Of a stretch of DNA of 64,000 bases, positions 37,743-49,681 are shown piece after piece. The number at the start of each line of letters is the position of its first letter. Position 1 is the first letter of the stretch. The stretch lies in the NCBI GenBank assembly GCA_951406725.2, contig OX597827.1:15934001-15998000 (forward strand), given 5' to 3'. Under the pieces are notes generated by a model. It was not told the DNA's origin and searched no databases. It was given only the letters and a program-made list of their open reading frames with translations. Origin of the DNA: Octopus vulgaris (Eukaryota). The position numbers and the translations under genes were made by a program.

Positions 37743-40700
37743 GACAGGCTTCTTTCAGTTTCCGTCTACCAAATCCACTCACAAAGGCATTGGTCGGCCC
37801 GGGGCTATAGCAGAAGACACTTGCCCAAGATGCCACGCAGTGGGACTGAACCCGGAACCATGTGGCTGGTTAGCAAGCTACTTACCACACAGCCACTCTG
37901 AGATGAGGAATTTACATATTTATATTAATCCTTTAAAATTCCGATTTCTGTCAAATGCAATGCTTATTTATTCACATTGAGGCCAGGCGAGGCTGGCAAC
38001 GGCCACGATCAGTGGCACGTGAATGGCACCCACTACACTTATGGAGTGGTTGGTGTTAGGAAGGGCATCCAGCCGTAGAAACACTGCCAGATCAGACTGG
38101 GCCTGATGCAGCCTTCTGGCTTCCCAGACCCTGGTCGAACCGTCCAACCCATGCTAGCATGGAAAGCTGAATTGACTGGAGCAACGTGAAATGAAGTGTT
38201 TTGCTCAAGAACACAACGCGTCGCCCGGTCCCGGAATCGAAACCACAACCTTACGATCATGAGTTCAACACCCTAACCACTATGCCACACGCCTCCACTC
38301 TTTAAGGCGAAGCCCCAACATGGCCACAATTAAATGACTGAAACAAGTAAAAAAAATAAATAAAAGAATAGTGCCAGTTGAAGTAAACAAAAAACAAAAG
38401 CAAAGATAAAAGTGTGACTCACCTGCATGTGATAGGACTGATTGGCAATTAGTTGTGAGGGCAGCACGAACTTTGAGCTCTGATAAACCAAGCATTAAAC
38501 CTCTGGTAGCAAGAATGAGGGTCAAGGAAAAAATGGTGGGCACCTAGACAATAACACTGGTTACATTGCATGATATACTAAACAGCTTGCTTACCAACCA
38601 CATGGTTCCGGGTTCAGTCCCACTGCGTGGCACCTTGAGCAAGTGTCTTCTACTATAGCCTCGGGCCGAACAAAGCCTTGTGAGTGGATTTGGAAGACGG
38701 AAACTGAAAGAAGCCCGTCGTATATATTTATATGTGTATATATATATATATATATATTTGTGTGTGTTTGTGCGTCTGTGTGTCCCCCAACATCACCTGA
38801 CAACCGATGCTGGTGTGTTTATGTCCCCGTCACTTAGCGGGTTCGGCAAAAGAGGCCGATAGAATTAGTACTGGGCTTACAAAGAATAAGTCCCGGGGTC
38901 GATTTTTTTGACTAAAGGCGGTGCTCCAGCATGGCCGCAGTCAAATGACTGAAACAAATAAAAGAGTAAAGAGTGCTTTGGTGTGTGTGTGATGGGCTGG
39001 AGGGGAGGGGTAGTAGTAGTATTCAAACCAAATGTAGTTAAGCCAAAATAGCAAAGAGGGGGAGAGAGTAAAAGAGGGGGTAGTGAAAGTCTGATAATGT
39101 TAATGAAAAATAGAATACATGTTATTATCACTGTCTATGTAGGTAGGAATGGTCGTTGCCAGTACCTATTTCTTTATTACCCACAAGGGGCTAAACATAG
39201 AGGGGACAAACAAGGACAGACATAGGTATTAAGTCGATTATATCGACCCCAGTGCGTATTTGGTAGATGGAAACTGAAAGAAGCCTGTCGTATATGTTTG
39301 TGTGTCTGTGTTTGTCGCCCCACCATCACTTGACAACTGATGCTGGTGTGTTTAAGTCCCCGTAACCTAGCAGTTCGGCGAAAGAGACTGATAGAATACG
39401 TACTAGGCTTACAAAGAATAAGTCCCAGGGTCGATTTGCTCGACTAAAAGGCGGTGCTCCAGCATGGCCACAGTCAAATGATTGAAACAAGTAAAAGAGT
39501 ACTCACATACTTCATTTGAAAATTGAGAGACAAAGGGGTAGAGAGAGAGGGAGAGAGTGAAGGCTTGGGAGTTCGGCAGTTATAAAGGATACAGTACTCG
39601 AACATCGTAGGGTCCTCGCAAGTCTAAGGGCTAAAGTAAAAGAAAAGGAAAGTAAAAACAAAAGTATATACAAGACATTTCAGCAAAAAAAAAAAAAACT
39701 GCTGAAGTTTCTATAAATGAATATACAGCACTTTGGGTCATGGTAGTTGTTTAACCACAGGTTGGATTTGATACAGGAGACCTATGATCACAGACCTTGC
39801 AGCTTTGATCATTCCATCATCATCATCATCGTTTAACGTCCGCTTTCCATGCTAGCATGGGTTGGACGATTTTGACTGAGGGCTGGTGAACCAGATGACT
39901 GCACCAGGCTCCAATCTTGACTTGGCAGAGTTTCTACAGCTGGATGCCCTTCCTAACGCCAACCACTCCAAAAGTGGGTGCTTTTTACGTGCCACTGGCA
40001 CAGGGGCCAGTCAGGCGGTACTGGCAACGACCTCGTTCGAATCCTTTTACACATGCCACCAGCATAGGTGCCAGTAAGGTGACTTTGGTAACAATCACGC
40101 TCTCGAATGGTGCCCTTTTACGTGCCACTGGCACGGAAGCTGGTTAGCCGCTCTGTCAATGATCACGCTCATATGGTGCTCTTTGCATCCTGCTAGCATG
40201 GACGCCAGTCATCGAATTTGATTTTGATTTTCCATCTTGTATTTGCACATAATACATATACAGATTTACATCATCCACTGTTCCTTTCTATTTTTGTAAG
40301 GTGGTAGATTATGATTTCAGTGATGAACAGGTGTCCCATTCAAGGGAGAATCTGGGTTAAACTCTAGCCTTATGATCCTTAGGGTTTGTGACAAACCTGA
40401 GACCTAAGGAAAGTATGATTTTGAAAGATATTTGGTTGATATTTCTAGCATATTGAGTAGCCACATAGAGGCTCTTTCGATGGCAAATGTCAGCTATTTG
40501 TAACAGTTATAGTGTGGTTGATGATTTCTGATGATATCTATTTCTTTATTGCCCACAAGGGGCTAAACACAGAGAGGACAAACAGATTAAGTGGATTATA
40601 TCAACCCCAGTGTGTAACTGGTACTTATTTAATCGACCCCGAAAGGATGAAAGGTAAAATCGACCTCAGTGGAATTTGAACTCAGAACGTAACGGCAGAC

Positions 40701-41783
40701 GAAATACGGCTACGCATTTCGCCCGGCATGCTAACGTTTCTGCTAGCTCGCCGCCTTAAAATACAAGCCTCCTCCCTGGTGGGGAATCGAACCCCGGTCT
40801 CCTGCGTGACAGGCGGGGATACTTACCACTATACTAACGAAGAACATTTCTGATGATATCAGAGGCACATGGCTAAATGGTTAAAAATGTTGGCCTCGCA
40901 ATCACAAGGTTGTAGGTTCAATTCCCAGATCAGGAGAAATATTTTGTCCTTGAGCAAGGTCCTTCCTTCCTTTCATGTTATTCATTGAAAATAAGTACCG
41001 GCTTAGTGTTAACGTTGCCCTCTCTCTCTCTCTCTCTCATCAGTTATCACATCTTCAATGCTTCACAGAGTTAAAGGCTGAAAGACTACTTGTGACTACA
41101 CAAGCAGCTAGAAATACTAGTGAAGCAATGGTACATGCTAACAGGTCGTACTCGCTCGCAAGTGATGGCTACATATTTGTTTCATGTTGGTGATATTCTT
41201 GTCGGTGATGACGTTGATTATGATGATGATGATAATTCAGTCGCTGATAGTGATATTCAATATTGTGAAACATTGATAACACAGGCAACAAAAACTGAGG
41301 AAAAAAAACAAGCCTGGTATGGAGATTTAGAATTACAATTGTGTGTCTGGGTGTGTGCACATGCATACATACATATATATACATGGTGCAGGAGTGGCTG
41401 TGTGGTAAGTAGCTTGCTTACCAACCACATGGTTCCGGGTTCAGTCCCACTGCGTGGCACCTTGGGCAAGTATCTTCTACTATAGCCTCGGGCCAACCAA
41501 AGCCTTGTGAGTGGATTTGGTAGACGGAAACTGAAAGAAGCCCGTTGTATATATGTATATATATATATGTGAGTATGTATGTTTGTGTGTCTGCGTTTGT
41601 CCCCCTAGCATTGCTTGACAACCGATGCTGGTGTGTTTATGTCCCCGTCACTTAGCGGTTCGGCAAAAGAGACCGGTAGAATAAGTACTGGGCTTACAAA
41701 GAATAAGTCCCGGGGTCAAGTTGCTCGATTACAGGCGGTGCTCCAGCATGGCCGCAGTCAAATGATTGAAACGAGTAAAAGAG

Positions 41784-41815
<32 letters not shown>

Positions 41816-42059
41816 ATTAAGAGATAGAACTTCCATAAAGTAATTCAATTAATAATGAAAGATATTATCTATAATAAAATATATAATGAAAGATATTATC
41901 TATAATAAAATATAAATTTAAATATATTATTATTAACATTTTACTAAAAATTTCTATACTAAATAATACACATTAAAACGACGACACACGTTTCGTGACT
42001 ATGTATACAAATCTACAATATCAAAATCGATAATCTCAAAAATTAATATTTCTTTGATC

Positions 42060-42121
<62 letters not shown>

Positions 42122-45100
42122 GGTTTTGCCCGTGTTGGCTGCTATTTCTAGCATGTAAAAATTACCTGTTAAAGGGTAATTTTCTATTTTTTAAAATATG
42201 AATATGTTGTCTATTGACTATTTATACATGCTAGGCCACTGATGGTAGATATTTATAATGAATATTCGCCACCCTATAGATGTATCTTATAGATATATAT
42301 ATATATATAGAAAGTGATGTGTGTGTGTGACGTATGACTTCAGAACAGAAAAATATGTAAACAAGAGAAAAAGAGAGAGAGAGAGAGAGACGCTATGATG
42401 GCTTGATAGTTTGTTGTTGCTATGACTACTGGTAAACAAATAACTAATACTCACATTCTCACAGCCACTGGTTAAAATGAGATTCTGAAAGTAGAAAATA
42501 AAATAAGATTGTCTGAAAAGTTATCAGTTATCAGAATGTGTGTGTGGGTGGGGGGGTATACATGCACATTTGTGTCTGAGTAAATGTTTGTATTCTGGGA
42601 TCTTTTCGCTTTGACCGGCAGATTTTGAAAATAATTTATTTCCTTTGTGTAGGCTTGGTAGGTAGTAGCAGATCTATTTGAAGACTATGGAAACATTTGC
42701 AAAACATATCAAGTAATTTTCTCTTGAATTTAATTGTTTTTCTTGTTTTACTCATAGTTGAAAATGTGGATCTTTTCAGTTTGAATGGCAGTTTTTAAAA
42801 TAATTTCTGTGTAACTAAATACTTTAAACTCCGTATACTGGTAGAATGTGTTACATAAAACATCTTTTTCTCTTGGCTTTATTGAGAAAATTCTGTAGCT
42901 TGTAAGCTATTTCTTGTTTATTTTCTTGCATTTCGGCAATTTCAACCAATCAATGACGTCTATTGAGGTGAATTCAATTTGTCCGGATCGTTGTCAACAA
43001 CAATAATTTGCGAAAAGATCCGCATTCTGCACTGATTTAAAAATTTCACTGAGTTTCTAGACAGTGACAATCAACACCCATCACTTTCCACAGCTCAGCA
43101 AATGTTGAAAGATAAGTGAAATGAAAAGGTTCCCTACTTGGAAAACACAGTTATGAGGGATCAACAGGAGGTGCATGCATCCGACAATGCTTCAACTGTA
43201 CGTATTTTGGATCTTTTCACTTTGACTGGCAGATTTTAAAAATAATTTCTATGTAACTAAAAAATTTTAAACTTTGTATACTGGTAGAATGTGTTTATAA
43301 AACATTTTTTTCTCTTGGCGTTCTTGAAAACATTCAGTAGTTTGTAAGCTATTTGTTGTTTAATTTCTTGCATTTCGGCAATTTCAACCAATCAATGACG
43401 TCTATTGAGGTGAATACAATTTCTGCCGTAGTTTGTCAACAACATTTTCTGGCAGTACCATACCAATGTGTCATGTTGGGGTTAGAGGTGGTGGGGAAGG
43501 GTATCTTTTTTTCTTCAGAAATGTAAATAAACCCAATTTGTTTCTTAAACGAATATATAATATGTAATGTGTGTATCTGTGCAACAGAGAGGGAAATTAA
43601 AACTGCATATGTTGAGAACGGACGTTAAACGATGATGATGATGATGATGATGATGAATAACGATAATCTTTTATTCATACGAACATAACTGATACGAAAT
43701 ATGTCATAAATAACAGTGACACATTGATATGACACCGCCAGAAAATGTTGTTGACAAACTACGGCAGAAATTGTATTCACCTCAATAGACGTCATTGATT
43801 GGTTGAAATTGCCGAAATGCAAGAAATTAAACAACAAATAGCCTACAAACTACAGAATTTTCTCAAGAAAGCCAAGAGAAAAAGATGTTTTATGTAACAC
43901 ATTCTACCAGTATACGAAGTTTTAAAGTGTTTAGTTACAAAGAAATTATTTTAAAAATCTGCCGGTCAAAGTGAAAAGATCCCGTATTTTTATAACCCAT
44001 ATTAGTTAGGAAAAATGGCATCAAATGAACAAATGAATGAAATACTCCTACCATGATGACATCGACGTCATCACTGTTACTGTCATCATCATCAGCATCA
44101 TTTAATGTGCATTTTTCATGCTTGCATGGGTTGAATAGTTTGGCAAGATCCAATGAGGATCTTTTCGGTTTGAACGGCAGTTTTTTCTAGCGGTGCCATA
44201 TGAAATTGTCACCTGTAATTATGACCCTAGTATCGATCTATTGCATTTCAATCTGTTTTAGGGTTAGGGGTGGGGGGAAGGGTATCTTTTTTTCTTTAGA
44301 AATGTAAATAAACCCAATCTGTTTCTTAAACGAGGGACATATTCATACGGCACAGAATGGTTTTTTTTTACCTCAATGGACGTCAGTGATTGGTTGAAAT
44401 TGCAGAAATTGAAGAAAAAAACCCAACAAATATCTTACAAACTACAGAATTTTCTCAATGAAGCCAAGAGAAAAAGATGTTTTATAAACACATTCTACCA
44501 GTATACGAAGTTTAAAAGTGTTTAGTTACCCAGAAATTATGTTAAAAACTGCCGTTCAAACGGAAAAGATCCTCCAATGGACCACAGAACTGCATCAAGC
44601 CCCAGTATGTGCTTTGGCATGGTTTCTACAGTTGGATGCCATTCCTAATGCTGGTAGTGATGATGATGATGACGATGATGATGATAATGATGACGATGAT
44701 GATGACGATTGTGATAGTGACATAACATAGAAACCAATTTACAACTTACTTTTCCTTTACCAACTTCAATCAGAGTCTGGACGTTTGTGATGATGTTCTT
44801 CCGGGCCTCCTGGTCCCTAATTAGGGGTCCATACTGAATCTCAAAATGTATACCACGTTCATAAGCCTGATTGTTGCATAACAAAAGAAGGAAGGAAGGA
44901 AGGGTGTGAATGATGCAGTTAACTAAACAATAGCATATAAATAAATGAATGTAAGCTGCAAGCATGGTTGTGTGACCAAAAGTTTATTCTGCAATCATTT
45001 GCTTCTGGGTTCAATCTCAATGCACAGCAACAATTATTATTGTATGTGCGAACCAGCATTCTTTCAGTAACAAATGATAATTGATGTCACATCTCAAAAG

Positions 45101-46367
45101 ACAGCCACTAGATAACATTGACAAGTGTATTAATTGTCTGATCTGGCAGTGTTTCTACGGCCTGATGCCCTTCCTAATGCCAACCACTGCAGCACCCACT
45201 ACACTCACGGAGTGGTTGGCGTTAGGAAGGGCACCCAGCTGTAGAAACACTGCTAGATCAGACTGGGCCTGGTGCAGCCTTCTGGCTTCCCAGACCCCAG
45301 TTGAACCGTCCAACACATGCTAGCATGGAAAGCGGACGCTAAATGATGATGATGAAAATACTACAATTAGCTGTCATTTTTGATGGCATGGGTCCAGCTA
45401 GTTTTATTACTTATAATTATTAAGCTGGTAGATGATAGAAAACTTGAAACAGTGGCAGAAAGAATGCTTTGTATATATATATAGTGGCATTCATTTACAT
45501 TCGGAGTTCAAATTCCACTGAGGGGGACAATAATATACAGCACTAATCAAGTGTTAGAATCATCACAATCAATTACACCCCCCTACAAAACTTACTGGCC
45601 TTGTATCAATGCAAAAATAAAAAAAGTCAGATCTTTTCGGTTTGAACGGCAGTTTTTTCTAGTGGTGTCATATGAAATTGCCCCCCATAATTATGACCCT
45701 AGAATCGATCTATTGCATTTCAATCTGCTTTAGGGTTAGGGGTGGGGGGAAAGGTATTTTTTTTTCTTCATAAATGTAAATAAACCCAATCTGTTTCTTA
45801 AACGAGGGACATATTCATACGGCACAGAATGTTTTCACCTCAATAGACGTCATTGATTGGTTGAAATTGCAGAAATTGAAGAAAAAAAAAAACAACAAAT
45901 ATCTTACAAACTATAGAATTTTCTCAAGAAAGCCAAGAGAAAAAGATGTTTTATAAACCCATTCTACCAGTATACGAAGTTTAAAAGTGTTCAGTTACGT
46001 GGAAATTATTTTAAAAAACTGCCATTCAAACCGAAAAGATCCCACATGTGTATATGTGATCACATGATCACGTCATCGAAATCTTGAAGCTATGCGATAA
46101 TGTTCGATTAATTCAAAGTAATGTGAATAAATAAGCATGGCTTTTGACAGAATAATCTGAATGCTAAAGGGAATGAAGGAACTACAACAACAAGAAGACA
46201 AAAAAAAAACAAATGCAGAGACAGAAGAGGATTTGTGGGAGACGTCAAACTGTGTCACATAGTATTAGTCCACTTACTGCGTGTAATGACGGGTACTTCA
46301 CATTGAAAGGAAGAGGCTCGGATAAATCCAGGGAGATGATGTCAACCTCCAATGTTTGACAGGCCAT
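37114..46367 (-). CDS. RPP30: Ribonuclease P/MRP protein subunit p30, 5'-partial spliced gene (6 exons found)
   Basis: Joined translation MACQTLEVDIISLDLSEPLPFNVKYPSLHA/AYERGIHFEIQYGPLIRDQEARKNIITNVQTLIEVGKGK/NLILTSGCEN/PLDLRGPYDVRVL/GLMLGLSELKVRAALTTNCQSVLSHA/AARKSG... matches RPP30 motifs (RG..FE..Y.P.I.D, KGKN.I.SS, PL..RGPYDV, GL.FGLSE...AA..TNC). Confidence 0.93.
38423..38502 (-). CDS. RPP30: RPP30 exon (80 nt)
   Basis: ccag|A GGT TTA ATG...GCA G|gtgagt. Confidence 0.92.
38503..39592 (-). other. U12-type (minor spliceosome) GT-AG intron of RPP30
   Basis: 5' splice site GTATCCTTT; branch site TTCCTTGAC (38521-38529) ~20 nt from the 3' CAG. Confidence 0.9.
39593..39630 (-). CDS. RPP30: RPP30 exon (38 nt, PLDLRGPYDVRVL)
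   Basis: ctttag|CCC TTA GAC...GTA CT|gtatcctt. Confidence 0.92.
40539..40757 (-). mobile_element. tRNA-derived SINE (same family as 1421-1654) fused to the tRNA-Asp copy
   Basis: GGCGGCGAGCTAGCAG...GTTCTGAGTTCAAATTCC...CCCCTTGTGGGCAATAAAGAAATA. Confidence 0.85.
40772..40843 (-). pseudogene. tRNA-Asp(GTC) retrocopy/pseudogene
   Basis: TCTTCGTTAGTATAGTGGTAAGTATCCCCGCCTGTCACGCAGGAGACCGGGGTTCGATTCCCCACCAGGGAG, 72 nt, close to metazoan tRNA-Asp but with mismatches in the acceptor, anticodon and T stems. Confidence 0.88.
42455..42484 (-). CDS. RPP30: RPP30 micro-exon (30 nt, NLILTSGCEN)
   Basis: ttttctactttcag|AAT CTC...GAG AAT|gtgagt; fills the gap between KGK and PLDLRG. Confidence 0.88.
42598..46042. 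mobile_element. Cluster of four GGATC-TIR MITEs: 42598-43021, 43209-43982, 44157-44572, 45629-46042
   Basis: Shared TIR and body; 8-bp TSDs GTATTCTG/GCATTCTG, CGTATTTT (perfect), TCCAATGA/TCCAATGG; none seen for the last copy. Confidence 0.8.
44750..44866 (-). CDS. RPP30: RPP30 exon (117 nt)
   Basis: tcag|GCT TAT GAA...GGA AAA|gtaagt. Confidence 0.93.
46278..46367 (-). CDS. RPP30: RPP30 exon (90 nt)
   Basis: acag|ATG GCC TGT...CAC GCA|gtaagt. Confidence 0.9.
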
Positions 46368-46869
46368 CTGTGAAAAAGCAAAAAAAAGCAAAAAAATGTA
46401 AATGACATGGTTATTCTCTTTTACTTGTTTCAGCCATTTGACTGCGGCCATGCTGGAGCACCGCCTTTTAGTCAAGCAAATCGACCCCAGGACTTATTCT
46501 TTGTAAGCCCAGTACTTATTCTATCGGTCTCTGTTTTGCCAGACTGCTAAGTTACGGGGACGTAAACACACCAGCATCGGTTGTCAAGTAATGTTGGGGA
46601 ACAAACAAAGACACACAAACACACACACACATACATATATATATACGAAGAGCTTCTTTTCAGTTTCCGTCTTCCAAATCCACTCACAAGGCTTTGGTCA
46701 GCCCGTGGCTATAGTAGAAGACACTTGTCCAAGGTGCCATGCAGTGGGACTGAACCCGGAACTGTGGTTCATAAGCAAGCTACTTACCACACAGCCACTC
46801 CTATGCCTATGTATAAAATTATAAACAATTCTACATATTTTTCTTCCAATTTTTTTCCCCATTTTTTTT

Positions 46870-48118
46870 TAGTATCACCAGTATCAAAGTATAAAAAGCA
46901 TTCTAAATGCTCTGAAATCATTAGAATACCTGAATTTATCCAGAAAGTTCAACAGACCGTTGATTACAATCCCAGAAAGTCCATGAGGTCAATTGCAAAA
47001 GATCTCCATATGTCAGAAAGAATAGTCAGAAATGTTATCCATGAAGACACCAGATATAAATAATTTTTATATGATGAGGAAAGGTCAATTTGTCAGGAAG
47101 AGCAAAAGAAAATCACTACATCTTATCAAAAGGGCTCTTAAACAAAATGAAAAATCCAGCAGAAGATTTGATTTGGTTTTTCTCAAACAAGAAAAATTTC
47201 AACCAAGATCAAAAAGTTAGCAGAAGAAATGACAGAGGTTTTGTGCAGACCCTTCAGAAGTTCCAAGTGTTATGCGTACAAAATTTCCTGCAACTGTTAT
47301 GGTTTTAGGGGTTGTCAGCAATGAAGGGCATGTGATGCCTCTTTACTTCTTTCCACAAGGCCTTAGAGTTAACTCTGCCGCCTACATTGAAGTCCTGGAA
47401 ATAACTGTTAAGCCCTGGATAGACAGTGAATGCAATGTGTTTCAGTAAGACTCTGCACTATCACACATGGCTCTAGTAACACAGGAATGGATGGCTGAAA
47501 ATTTTCATGATCATATAACCCCTAACATTTGGCCTCCTAATTCTCCAGATCTCGATCCATTGGAATATTACATGTGGAGCGCCGTTGTGAGAGAGGTCAA
47601 TGAACACGACCTAACACACGTGGACATGCCTACAAAGTCAGAAAACAACACAGCTCCCATGACTTTCGGAAACATTTCTTCACGCTCAGAGTTGCTGAAG
47701 CATGGAATAAACTGCCTGCGTCAGTTGTTGACTGCCATGACACTGCATCCTTTAAGGCCCTCATGCTTTCCGAAATCCGTCGAAACTACACCTGATTATA
47801 TATACACTTTAGATGAGTTGTAGTGCACCTGAGCACTGTACACAATGTTTATTATTATTATTATTATAACACCAAAGATTCTTTGAAAGCTGCCATAGTC
47901 AGAGTAATGTCCAAAATGAACCAGGATCATCTGATTCAAGCATGTACATGATTTAGATCTCATATTTGTTGAAGCTGAAGGTGGCTTTATTGAATAACAT
48001 TATAGAAAAGGTTTATTTTTATCCTTATAGCATTTTTTGATAAATAAAGTTATCATCAGTTATTACACATCTACTTTTTTATAAACATAAATCTGTCCTT
48101 AAATACCTTATGCACCCA

Positions 48119-48120
<2 letters not shown>
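46870..48120 (+). mobile_element. Degenerate Tc1/mariner transposase interrupted by a CR1-like LINE 3' end (~47610-47866)
   Basis: NPRKSMRSIAKDL HTH, WFFSNKKNF, WPPNSPDLDPLEYYMW; insert ends in (ATT)n. Confidence 0.8.
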
Positions 48121-48177
<57 letters not shown>

Positions 48178-48801
48178 GGCTGTGTAGTTTCTGATTTGGC
48201 TTAGTTTCTGTGGCTGGATGCCCTTCCTAAAACCAATCACTTTCCAGTGTGTGCTGGGTGCTTTTAACATGGTACCAGCACTGGACTCTTGCAGGCCAAT
48301 CCACTTCAGCAGGGTGTGTGGCCTGAACACTTCTGCTGTGCAGAATGGGCCATGCATACATATATACACACACACACATTACATATATATAAATAATAAA
48401 GATGGCTTGTTAGCTATTTTTCAATCAAAAGGCAAAAATATACCTCACCAAAGTGACTAAGGGTGCTAGTTAGCCCTGTGCTGAAGGAGCTTGCCTCCCT
48501 TGTCAGTCATTAAGCTAGTGCTTATCATGGCTATGAGTGAGTTGTTTTGACTCATATTTCTAGCAATACTGGTGCTAACTAGTGCCCTTAGTCGCTTTAT
48601 ATATATATATATATATATACATACATACATACATACATACATACATACATACATACATACATACATACCATCATATCGATGTCTACTTTTCCATGTTAAA
48701 ATTATTTTAGCATTTTCTACCTTGTCTTATTTTCCTTATACATATCAACTTGTGTGTTACTTTTCAACATTCTACATCATCATCATCGTTTAACGTCCGC
48801 T

Positions 48802-48834
<33 letters not shown>

Positions 48835-49265
48835 TCAGCAAAATTTAGATTCAAATGAATATGGTACTTAAGTCAGATGCACCAGAATTTTGTACGGTGT
48901 TGTCCATATAAATCCATTGGGTGATTATAATCAAAATAAGCAAATGAATGGTCTCCATTCAACAGAATATCCCTCCCCACTTTCTAGCAGTTCAAAATAA
49001 CTTAAAGAAAATTCTTCAGTCAGAAGATAAATTCTGATACCTTAATGTTCTTAACCTTCAAATCAACATCTCTGTCTATATATCTACCCTCTTTATAATG
49101 TTATCAATTCACATGAAAATAAGTACATGTATTGATGGAAAACCTCTATAAATGGCTGATGATTGCTCAACATTTTAAAACCGTTGTAATACTTACAATG
49201 TTTAATAAAATGATGTACCAAATTACCGAAGATATTCTTGTTGCTTATTTTGATTATATATATAT

Positions 49266-49603
49266 ACCAGAGTAAACACATAAATGTGAAACAAGGTGGA
49301 AAAAAGAGTACTCAAATACCAGGGGTAGAGTAATATGCTTTATTCAAAAGCAGCAGAAAATTCAACAAAACCTGTTACTCTGAGTTTCCCATTCCCGTTC
49401 GTTGGACAGTTTTTTCAACAAAACCTGTTACTCTGAGTTTCCCGTTCCCGTTCGTCGGACAGTTTTTCAACAAAACCTGTTACTCTGAGTTTCACGTTCT
49501 CGTTCGTCAGACAGTTTTTTCTAGCAAAAACTGTCCAACGAATGGGAACGTGAAACTCAGAGTAACAGGTTTTGTTGAATTTTCTGCTGCTTTTGAATAA
49601 AGT

Positions 49604-49605
<2 letters not shown>
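49266..49605. mobile_element. Penelope-like terminal fragment: three tandem ~52-bp hammerhead units plus an inverted copy; related copy at 16378-16530
   Basis: Units start at 49362, 49415, 49467; inverted arm 49526-49605; flanked by (TA)n. Confidence 0.6.
49477..49514 (-). ncRNA. Minimal type I hammerhead motif (Penelope-like element type)
   Basis: ctgt-CTGACGA-acg agaa cgt-GAAA-ctc a ga-GTA-acag. Confidence 0.72.

Positions 49606-49681
<76 letters not shown>

Noticed and set aside
38280-38543. Longer RPP30 exon starting at the TAG acceptor near 38544 (VPTIFSLTLILAT)
   Set aside because: Wrong phase for the upstream exon, and it includes the U12 branch site; the 38502 acceptor restores homology.
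40772-40843. Functional tRNA-Asp gene
   Set aside because: Mismatches in the acceptor, anticodon and T stems, and enclosure in a TSD with a SINE, indicate a retrocopy.
41977-42015. CGAAAC-GTGT-GTC half-hammerhead on the - strand
   Set aside because: No CUGANGA or stem I partner visible.
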